From positions 24,244,001 through 24,308,000 of the forward strand of contig NC_087437.1 in assembly GCF_036321535.1 (NCBI RefSeq): a stretch of 64,000 nucleotides of DNA. The letters run 5' to 3'. The notes below the pieces were generated by a model, which worked only from the letters and a program-made list of their open reading frames with translations, did no database searches and was not told where the DNA came from. Position numbers and translations under genes: made by a program. The DNA is from Camelus dromedarius (Eukaryota). Each line of letters opens with the position of its first letter. Positions within the stretch are counted from its first letter, which is position 1. Shown here in pieces: positions 1 to 10,355 of the stretch.

Positions 1-1299
1 TCTTAACTAGGTTAGATCACTTTTTCCTTAACTTTAAAAACTACTAGAAATTACTAGTTCAGACACATTTTTATTGAAACTTCCATCGTCTCAGAAAGCC
101 TTGTCTCTTGTGTTGATTAGGATGATAGGGAAGAGAAAAGGTTATAAAACAGCAAGGGAGGACACAGAAGCTGTATTTCTTCCCATCGGAAGTGATGTTT
201 TTAATGCAAAATTTAATTTAAATTTTAATTTGATTTAAAATTGTATTGCTTCTTTTTGTAGTAATATAAAGTATTGAGTATTAATATTATAAATGACTTT
301 TTGCACAAACAAATCTAGGATCTACAGACTTGTTTTTTTCTTGGTTAAACACAATTTCTCCACACAATGACAACATAAAAGAAAAATTAACCCCCCTCCC
401 CCCCACACACAACAATTCTAGGCTTCATTTTTATCCCTGAGCCTAGAAAGAGCCATGACATAGCTGTTGATTTATGTTCATATGAGCTTAAAACTTAAAT
501 ATTAATTCCCTAGATGGTCAAATCTAACACTTCTTATTTTGGAGGTACTGATGTCTTGAATCCGTATCCATTCACAATTTCCAGGAAAATATTTTAGCAA
601 GAAAATTGAATCGTAACACAATCATTTATCAAACTCATACTAAGGATTCAAGGCACGACATGTTGCAAGAATGGATGATAAAGAGATCTGTCAATACAAA
701 GTCTCTTTGCTAAATCTCAGCTCTTGTTCTCTGTCTTCTACCAGCTGAATAAATGAAAGACATATTTAGTGGTGTCTGTAGCAACCATATTCTCATGCTT
801 TCAAGAAAGCAAGTGTGACAATACAAGACAACATGCCGAAGCAGTAGAGTAATAAAAACTTAGTGGAACATTATATCCATTTTGGGGAAGCTGGAATAAG
901 AAGATAGGAAACTCTTGTGTTTAGTTCTATGGAAAGGAACAAGGTGACTAAAATGCCTCTGCGTGCCTTGGTGAAAATCAAGAGAACAAAAAAATCACCT
1001 TCATGTAAAAGGTAAAATAAGTGCCCATCTTAAAATAAACTTAAGTGTAACTATAAAAAGCCTTTATTTATCTGTCCATTGTTTTGTTACACACTCTTTT
1101 TATATACTCTTTTTTTTTTTTTTACTCTTTATATATTCTAACTTTGAGGCAGGAAATAAATATGGGACTATTTAGCAAGACACTAGAGAATTTGGAAAGT
1201 TTTTATTTGAAGAGAGAAATGACAACAAAAGATGTTTTGAATAAGTGATCATCTTGAAAACTCATCTTAGAGATTATAGGCACTCATTAAGAGAATTTT

Positions 1300-1870
1300 T
1301 GCCACCATCAGACCCACGTTCTCAGTGATGGTAAAGCTTACCAGGGATTTCTAGTAAGGAACACAGTCGGGACTTGTTCCTAGCAAAATGCAGTATGCTC
1401 TCTGAAAGGTAGGGGTGCTTCCAAAGGGGATTCTGTCTTGCCAAAACGCTCATTTGTCTGAGCTTTCCCCCCTCCCAGGCTCCCCAGAAACTCTCCCCTT
1501 TGCTTGGCACCTCGCAGCATCAACATGTGACTTTTTGGATGGGCTGACTGAGTTCATTGAACATAAAGCCTTGGCAGTGGCAATTACCCTGGCAGTGGCA
1601 GAAGCCAGGAAACATATACCAGTAAACGGATTTCATTTTAATCACCGTACGTAGGGTGTGCTTGATTTATCCCGTACCATACCCAGCCCCAACGTGGCAG
1701 CGAGACTCTTGTGCTCAATTGCCATGCTCCACAAAAGCACGAAGGTTGAACTTCGGTTCCATTGCCAGTGTACTGTCTTCGCCGAGTATTTTTTTTTCCT
1801 TTTTAAATATTTTCCTGTCATTTTTGTTCCTCTCAGAGTTCAATAGTGAGGTCGAACGGGTTCAACTTTA
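1300..1870. promoter_or_regulatory. Candidate cis-regulatory block or non-coding exon
   Basis: Unique sequence with about 16 CpGs in ~550 bp against CpG-poor flanks, ten TGGCA/TGCCA pentamers, RGKTCR half-sites at 1837-1864 and a minus-strand donor CTG|GTAAGC at 1342/1341. Confidence 0.4.
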
Positions 1871-2649
1871 ATTGTCAGAAATTGTAGAACAATACAGCTG
1901 TTTCTGTTTGAACCACAAGCTACCTTTAATGGAATTTTAAAATAGAGCTTAGGAATCATTATTCTGAAATAGATTAGTAGAATGTCTTGCTCCATTAACT
2001 TTTCATGTAGTCTGAATCTTTTGTGTCTCCATTAATCTTTCTTTAAACATAGCATCTCATACTCTTTAATTGGGTTAGTAGAGTTAAAGTGCTTAAAGCT
2101 GCACTGAGAACGCCACATACTCTAGAACTGTTAGCTTTGCTATTATTTTAACGTATCAGTTTATTTGTTTAATATTTGTCTCACCTTTAGACTCTGATTC
2201 ACTTGGGGTCACTTGTCCTGTTGATTTTTGTCTCCATTGCCTGTCAGATATGTTGTGCTCAGTCATATTTGTCAAAATATAGCAAATAGTCATTAATATG
2301 ATCATCATCATCGTCCTCGTTGTCATGAAAAATACCTCAGGATTATTGCTATGAATATGATGTTTTAATAGTTAAACTTCAAAGAAGTGAAAGGGACAGT
2401 TTCTAATCCCTAGGCTGCACCCTTGTCTAAGGGTAGACGAGAAACAGGAGGAACTAAGATGGGAAATGACTTAGGAACTCTACAGCTTTGCACACTGATC
2501 AGAAAAAAGACAGAAGTAAACAAATAATTGCAATACAGTGTTAGAGGTCCTAATTAAATGCCTGTAACTAACATAATGAATTCTGGGAGTGCTCCATAAA
2601 AGGTTTCACAGACTCTGTTTTCTACTTTTGAGAAAACTAAGAAACCAGA

Positions 2650-2825
2650 AAAATCAATGTTGATTAAATAACTACACCATTGTCAACAATTTATAGTATT
2701 CACCCTTATACTATGCCATAAAGATGTTACTATTCCTTTTTAAATGTTTGAAAATTGTGGCTAGAAATTTTTATTAAGTTCCTTAGTGTCTTAGTTAGTA
2801 AATGCCTGAGCAGGGATTAAGATAA
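2650..2825 (-). mobile_element. MIR SINE fragment
   Basis: Degenerate MIR core in antisense (tactattccttttt...ttagtaaatgcctgagcagggatt). Confidence 0.45.
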
Positions 2826-2852
2826 GGAAGGTCATATTGACACTTACCATCT

Positions 2853-3240
2853 TGTGATGGTCTTTTTAATGTGTCTACTTGGCTAGGCTACTATCCATCC
2901 ACAGTTATTAATAAAACATTAACCTATGTATTGCTGTGAAGGTATCCTGTAAATGTAACTAAAACCATTCAGTGGGTAACTTTAAGATTATCCTAAATAA
3001 TATTGGTGAGCTCGATTCAATCAGCTGAAAGTGCTTAAAATCAGATGAGGCTTCTTGGAAGAAGAAGAAATTCCACATGTGGACAGCAGCTTCAGCCCAC
3101 GCCCTAGAGGCAGAGCCTGCCCTTTCTGATGGCCTGCCCTATGAGTTTCAGACTTATCTTACCCATAAAAATATTCCTTGTATCTCTTAATACTTGTCTC
3201 CTACTGGTTCTAGTTTTCTGGTTGAGCCCTGACTGACACA
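2853..3240 (+). mobile_element. MLT2-type (MLT2D-like) ERVL 5' LTR
   Basis: Starts TGTGATGG...atgtgtctacttggctaggcta, contains ttgctgtgaaggtat and aatcagctgaaag, ends ccctgactgacaCA, and is followed by a PBS-like ttttggta. Confidence 0.85.
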
Positions 3241-3560
3241 CATTTTGGTATCTGAGAAGTACAGTATTGCTCTAGCAAATACCTAAAAATGTAAATGTGG
3301 CATTTTGGGAACAATTCATTTTCTAGTTTCACAGGCCTACAAATGGAGAGGAATTTTGCACCAAGATGCAGTATACTTATACGTAATTTAGACGATTTCA
3401 ATGATGATTTGTTTAGGAGCTTTTATGCCGATGAGAATTAGATGAGATGTTGGATTTTGAGTTGATGCTATAATGGATTGAGATATTGTGCACCATGGAA
3501 TAGGCCGAATACATTTTGAATATAGGATGGATTTGAATCTTTGGGGTACAAAGGATAAAC
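3241..3560 (+). mobile_element. Internally deleted MaLR (MLT1-type) internal sequence
   Basis: 5' part ttttggtatctgagaagt...aaatacctaaaaatgt resembles the MLT1-int start; 3' part ttggattttgagttgatgctataatggattgaga...ttggggtacaaaggataaac resembles the MLT1-int end, directly before an LTR TG. Confidence 0.6.
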
Positions 3561-4008
3561 TGTGATAGTAAAACATCCTAGTCTCTGGAAGCTATGAATA
3601 TGGTACCTTATGTGGGGAAGGAGACTTTGCAAGTGTGATTGAATTAAGGACCTGAGATAAAGAGATTACCTTGTATTATGTGGGTGGGTTACAAAGGTCC
3701 TTCAAAGGGAAGAAAAGAAGGAGAAGAGAGTCAGAGGGAGACATGACTATGGAAGGGGTCAGAGTGATGCCATGTGAAGGATGTGATAAGGACTTGATTC
3801 ACCTTTGCTAGCTTTGGAGATAAGGAAAGAGATCTACAAGTTAAGGAATAGGAGCAACCTCCAGAACCTGGAAAACCAAGGAAACAGATCCTCCACAGAG
3901 ATTACAGAAAAGAATGCAGTCCTACTTGAAATTCTCTACTTTAGCCTATGAGACAGTATCAGACTTTTGACCTGGAACTGTAAGGAAATAAAGTTATGTT
4001 GTTGAAGT
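3561..4008 (+). mobile_element. MLT1 (MLT1D-like) MaLR LTR, 3' truncated
   Basis: gagactttgcaagtgtgatt, ggaaacagatcctccacagag and agacttttgacctggaactgtaaggaaataaa are typical MLT1 LTR blocks. Confidence 0.8.
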
Positions 4009-4009
4009 A

Positions 4010-5770
4010 TGGTGAGAGTCGATGTGAATTCATGGCATTCGGCCACAGTTTGGCTGAATAATTAGGAAGCTGGGAAGAAACACAATTTGAAATTTGACAA
4101 CATGGAGATCTGGCAGAGAGATGTGAATAGACCTCTTTGAATGAACAATGAATGTGAAGATATTTGTGTCCCATGTGAATGCTCACCAAAGAGTGACCTC
4201 AGCAAAGGAGGATTTTAATAATCAGTTGCAAAGGATGACCTATTCTGTGGATACCAGTGAGTCTCTTTCCCCAGCTGCTCTTGTCATTGCCCAATGGGCT
4301 TGTGAACGAAGTGGCCATGGTTTCAGAGATGGAAATTATGCATAGGCTTAGCAACATAAACTTCCTCTCACCAAAACTGGCGTGGGCACAGCCATTGTTG
4401 AGTGCTTAATCGCCCAGCAATGGGCACCAACACTGAGTCCCCTATTACCCTGGAGTGATCAGCCAGCTACCTGGTGATAGACTGACTACATTGGACTATG
4501 TCAATCTTAAGAGCACTTTTTGAGTCTACTAAAAATGACACATTTTAAATATTGATTTTCTCTCCATGAACACAATGCTTCTGCCAAAACTACCAACCAT
4601 GGACTTACAAAATGCCTTATCCACCATCATGTTGTTTCACATAGGTTGTTTCTGATCGAGGAGCTCACTTCACAGCAAATGAAGTGCATCACTAGGGCAA
4701 TGTTTATGGAATTTCTTGGTCTTATCACATTCCCCATCATCCTGAAGCAGTTGGCTGGCCAGAATAATGGGGACGGCTTTTGAAGACTCAGCTATAGTGC
4801 CAGCTAAGTGACAAAATCCTGGGGACTTAGGCAAGTTCCAGAGTGTTGCATATGCTCTTAATTAGCATCTAAAATATTATGCTCTTTCTCCTGTAGCCAG
4901 GATTCTCAGGTCCAGCATCAAAAAGTGAAAACAAGAGTGGTACCCTTCACTATTACTTATAGTGGTCCACTGGCAAAATTATTTTCTTCCTGTCTCCATG
5001 ATCTTATGCTGTGCTAGTCTAGAAGTTTTATCCCAAAGGGGAAGTTGCTTTTGCCAGGACACATAGAGATAATTCTGTTGAACTGTAAGTTAAGACTGTC
5101 AGAGGGTCACTTTGGGCTCCTCATGCATCTGAAGTAACAGGCAAAGAAGTGGGTTACTTTGTTGGCTAGGGTGAAAGGTAAATTGGTTTGCTATTACACA
5201 ACGGAGTTAAGGAAGAGTATGTCCAGAATACAGAAGATCCCTTAGGGCATCTCTTAGTATTACCATATTCCCTAATTAAAGTCAGTAGAAAACTATGATG
5301 ATCCAATGCAGGTAGGACTTCTAATGGCTCAAACCTGTCAGGAATGAAGGTTCTGGCTCATGCCACCATGTAAAGAACTATAACCAGCTGAGGACAAAGA
5401 AGTACAGGATCACCATAGAAAAAAGATTATAATCATTATGAGTATGTTGTTCTCAGTTTGTTACGAATATTTGTATATATATTTATAAAACTTTTTTTTG
5501 CCTCCATCCATTGTCCCTTTATCATCTACCAAAATGTATTAATAATAGTTAACCTTATCTTATAGTATTTAAGCTATAGGAAGTCAAAGGAAGAGAGTGA
5601 ACATCAGCCAAGGACTTTTCATCTCTTAAAGGAAAAGATTAGTTTGTCTTTAGTTGTTCTCAAGATATTGTATCACATTCAGCAGAAATATGCCTTTGTT
5701 GTCTTTGGAGGTTAAATGAGATTTAAAAAGATGTGTTCCAAGGAGAGAGGTGCCGTGACAGGGGGTGGAC
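4010..5770 (+). mobile_element. ERVL internal region: degenerate pol (RNase H, integrase), dUTPase and PPT
   Basis: ORF 4148-4345 (VKIFVSHVNAHQRVTSAKEDFNNQ...IAQWACERSGHGFRDG) matches the ERVL RNase H to integrase zinc-finger region; dUTPase-like sequence at ~5030-5180; purine tract agggggtggac before the 3' LTR. Many stops and frameshifts. Confidence 0.9.
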
Positions 5771-5960
5771 TGTGATAGTCATTTTCATGTGTCCACTTGG
5801 CAAACCTACGGCCCCTAGGTATTAGCCAAATACTGATCTACGTATTGCAGGACAAGTATTTTGTAGATGTGCTTGAAGCCCATTATCAGTTGGAAGTGGA
5901 CATTCTGGAAGAATTAAGTAAATCTGCTAAGCTGAGTGTTTTCTGTAGATGGAGAAATTC
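5771..5960 (+). mobile_element. MLT2-type ERVL 3' LTR, partial
   Basis: TGTGATAG...atgtgtccacttggc...gtattgc...tattttgtagatgtg follows the PPT and is homologous to the LTR starting at 2853. Confidence 0.75.
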
Positions 5961-6489
5961 CATGGGACATCTGCAGCGCAATTTAAAGGCAGTGCTGGAA
6001 GGGGAGCTGAAGTGCCTTGGGTGACTCCATTCAACCCTGATTTAGTACTCCTTAGTAGAATGTAATGCTCGCTTGAAGAAAGGAAGTAGAAAATGGCTAA
6101 CGTAGGGTATAATGATTGGCATGAAGAAACAACTGGCTAAGGTCAGAGAAAGTAGACTGACATGGATTAATCAGGAGAGATCTCGGATATGAGTATAGTA
6201 GGTGCACGGGACAAAAAGCATGATTTTGCTTGTTTGATTTTGATGTAGAGCATGAGGAGAAATTACTGAAGAATGGAGTGCTGAAGAGTAATAGAAAGCA
6301 AACTGCTGGATGGATTAAAAAAACATGTGCGGAGTAGTAGTACCAGCAGTACTGAAATTAAAGAAAATAGTCTTAAGATAAAGTGGCCATTAAAATAATC
6401 AGTGCCTGTATGAATACTTGTGAACTATAGTCACCTACAGAGAGCCTATACCGTCCGTAACATTTTATTGCTGCAAAGGAAAGAACTAG

Positions 6490-6600
6490 TCTCATCGTAA
6501 CTTTAAAATGAGGAAACAGAGGCCCAGAGCAGGTGCCATTCTCAGCATCACCAGAGCTAGTTCAAGGTGGCAGAACTAATAGAATTCATCTTTGTTTTCT
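6490..6600 (-). mobile_element. MIR fragment
   Basis: atgaggaaacagaggcccagag MIR core. Confidence 0.6.
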
Positions 6601-6644
6601 GTCCATTTCAGTGCCAAGCTAAACCCCCACGTTCCTAATTTGAG

Positions 6645-6895
6645 AGGTAGCATGGTGTAATGATTAACAGCACTGGCTTTCAAACCAGACAGCCTGGCTT
6701 CAAATCCTAAATCTGATAATTACAAGTGACCTTAGTCAAATGGTACCTTGGCTACTCATCTCTAAAATGAGAATGATGACAACCGTGTCAGCCTCACAGG
6801 AATGTTGTAGAGTATAAATGAGTTCGTTCATTGAAAGTATTTAGACTAATGCCAAACACACAGTAAGTGCTGAGGAGATGTTAGCTATTATCATT
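6645..6895 (+). mobile_element. MIR SINE
   Basis: gaggtagcatggtgtaatgattaacagcactggcttt...cagacagcctggcttcaaatcc...ctcatctctaaaatgagaatgat...cagtaagtgct. Confidence 0.85.
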
Positions 6896-9800
6896 ATGTG
6901 AACTGTACTATGAAATTAGCCTGGATGGATTTTGGACTTGTAGGTTACAAAAGATACAGACCACCTCATGATAAATTTAAAATACGATCCTAATCTCTGA
7001 ATAGCTAATTAAGTGATTATTTTTAGAAAATGATTAATGGGGTGAGACATTAAAAAAGCTACCAAAGGACTTGACCAGTAGAAGTTGAAGTCACATCTTA
7101 AAAGTCTTCAATGACAGTTGGGTTGAGGAAAAACACGAACTTCATCCTAGGAGCTCTTTCTGTGATGGGAATGGTTATGAGGCGATTCCCAAGCAGGAAC
7201 TTCAGCTAAGTGGTCAGAAAGGGAGAGGAGCAAAACATCTCCCTCTTTGGATAGCCAGAGGGATACTTAATAAGCCTGTGAGCTGCTGATAGAGTGAAAG
7301 AAGCACAGCAGGTAAACAGTTTCAGCCTCACTACATAGAAAGAAGCAGGGACTGGGAGCCATAGCATAATATTCAACTACTCAAATGAAGAGTCATTGGA
7401 CCTAAAGAGACCAGTAGGGCCAATGGAGCTCAGGTGAAACCTCTCAGTGGCACAACTGACTGAGAGCAACTGAAAGTTAAATGTGTTTAAAATGCTAAGC
7501 TCTGTGACAGAATCTTTCTCTGGATACATTTCTGTGCAAATGGCTTTTTGAATGTGTGGAGCAATTGGCTAACCCGAACTGAACAAGACTCCATATGTTT
7601 TTTGGTGTAGGCGTTGCATCAGTGAATCGCAAAATGCAGTTAAGGAATTAACCGTTTATAGGGCTGGATACTAAGAATTTTTGTATCTGGCTCCATAACA
7701 TATTTCCTTTCCACAGGAGGTAGTTATGACAAATTAGAAGTCTGAAAATTTTCTGATGGTGTAAAGGCCCAGCTGTCACTGGGGAGATAGTGATCAGATT
7801 TCATAGCTGCATGGTCCCGTGGCGCCATGGAGAGCTCCATATGGTCACCCAAATGTTCCAGCTAAATCCACTGGAAATTTCCAGTCTGAGTTTTACTTGC
7901 AAAGAATAAAACTCTCCTTGGATAAATTTATCATTATGTGCCTACCAAGAAAAAAAAAAAGTCTTGTTAACTGGTTACATTTTAAAAAATGGAAAAAGTG
8001 ATCCACTTAAGAACAACTTTGTACAGCTGTTTTGCTGTCTTCATGATAAACAGATAATGACGCATGCCTGGGAACTCACAGAATGTACTTCATGGCAATT
8101 GTAATATAACCTCAGGAAGGTGGACTTTTAAATTGATGTGTTGTGAATAACTAAAATCTGTGGGAATACCTACTTCTATGATGAAAACAATTTTCTAAAC
8201 CACTGTCTTCTCATTCCCTCAGAAAATCACCTCTGCTAAATTGCTAATGCGATTACTAAGTGCTAGGACACTTGTATGCATGTTGAAGATGTCAGCATAA
8301 GTCGTACCCCATAACAAATGACAAATGCATAATTTATTGATTTGTAAATGGCTATGTCCTTGGATATATTTCATGTAAGTAATTTGCTTAGAAACACATC
8401 TGGCTCATGAAGGTAACAACTACTTTAAAGAAGGTCAGCTATATTTAAAGTTAAAGGATAGAATAATCTTATTTGTTACATTTCTTTACTGAATCAAGAA
8501 AGGTTTTGGGTTTCCATAGTTCCATTTTGAGTTTAATGATATAAATAATATAGTAAAAGTCTTTAGCTGAAATTTCTAAATATTGAAACTATAAGCAATG
8601 AGCCAATGTTACTTCATAAAATAGTTTCATTTTTACCAAAAACATCTGCTGTACCTCATTTTAATGATGCACATCAGACTCCACTTGATTGAATATTTGT
8701 TTTTCATGCAATGTAAATGCAAGTATTTGGCATTTATTTTTGAAGATACAAAACTGAAATATCAATAAGGGTGCTTCAAATATTTAATATTTTTAATTAA
8801 AATTATTTTGCCATTAACTCTTAATCATATATAGCATGCATAGCTATTAGCATTCCTTGTGGTGGTTCTAAGCTCATAGAAGCATTTAAAATATTACATT
8901 TCATTAATTATCTTATCCTTTATTTTCTCTGATAGAAGCAAAATATTATTTTTGAAATACACTTCAAATTTTATTCCGCTGATGTACAAAGAAATGCATA
9001 GTAGAGGAAAGATATTTTCAAAACCTTTTAATAAACATCCAGGCACCTTTAACTTTACATTTCACCTTGCAGCACACACAAAATGTTTAATTATTTGAGG
9101 ATTAATGGAGGTAGTTTATAATTAAGCTGAAGTATGAACTGATGTCATCATCTCAGTATGATGATATACGTTCTTATGCCAAAGCACCTGTTGTTTTGGA
9201 AGGAAGCAGCTGATATCATTATCTGCGCAGCCAGATAGCCCTGTTTCCTGCTGCTTAAAAAATTATCCTAAGGGTTACCTAAGTTGGAATAATTCACAAT
9301 TTACATTTTCATACCCAGAAAAGGACAGGATGGAGAAAATGACTTCTCCAGCAACTAAAAGAAGGGAAAATAAGAGACACACTGGGAAGAAGGAAGAAGG
9401 AGGAGAGATAGTGTGTCAATTATGTGACCGAAGGATGCTCTTCCCAAGGATGTCCTTCTTAATCCTCCTAAGACCATGTAGAGCTTGCAAAAGAACAAAA
9501 CAAAGGAAGCATCTAACTGAAATAGTGTAAATGAAATGAGGCATTGTAGGAGGAAGTGAAGGGGAAAGACATACAGTTTTGCAATAATAAAAATGTTCCT
9601 ATTTCCAAATTAAAGTATGAAGAATCAGTGAATTATAGACAAGGTTCAAGTAACCCCAGTTTTTATTTTTTCATGTTTATTAGTTAACCCTGCCCCTGAA
9701 TGGTTTTTTGGTTTACTAGCTGGCTGGTTGGTTTTGTTATGCATTGATTAGGGATGAGGCCATTGAAGGAAGGTGAAGGTCTCTGCAGTATAACCACTAC

Positions 9801-10149
9801 TACTGTATCAACATATCCCTTTGCCCTCACACTGGCTTCATCCTCAAATTGGGAAGAAATCACCAAATCTCTCAGCATGAGATAATTCTACAGTGCCCCA
9901 CAGTGCCAAAACAATATCCCAAGTATAATTTTGACCATGTGAATTGCCCCTATACATGTCTACAACAAGTTGTTGAGTATTCAGTGCTCCCCTTTATTAA
10001 ACATAACTTCTTCCCAACATAGTTCTTCCTGCTTTCTCATTGGGGCTCTTAGCTCTAATCAGTACTGCCCATCTGCCACATTTTTCTATGCTATTTTTTT
10101 TCCTCTTCACAGGCTATCTCCATAATACCTATAGTCACTAGCTATTATT

Positions 10150-10355
10150 TCCCCAAAGACCATTACTGTTGTTTATTAAGCTATATTTCATTTCTATAAA
10201 AATCTCATGAGGTAGTTATTATTATTATCTTAATATTGGAGATGAGGAAGCTGGGCTTTATAGAGTTAAAGTAACTTGCCCATGGTACACAATTAGTTAA
10301 TAATGGAGCTGATCCTCAACCTTGGTCTGCCATATTCAAAGTCCTGGGTCTTTAC
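10150..10355 (-). mobile_element. MIR SINE
   Basis: gatgaggaagctgggctttatagagttaaagtaacttgcccatggtacaca. Confidence 0.8.

Noticed and set aside
1572..1607. miR-34/449-like sequence (TGGCAGTG) or full NFI palindrome
   Set aside because: Only the seed matches and no hairpin is apparent; TGGC-N4-GCCA has the wrong spacing for the N5 NFI palindrome.
4148..4345. Domesticated retroviral gene
   Set aside because: It is a short ERVL pol remnant surrounded by stops and frameshifts.
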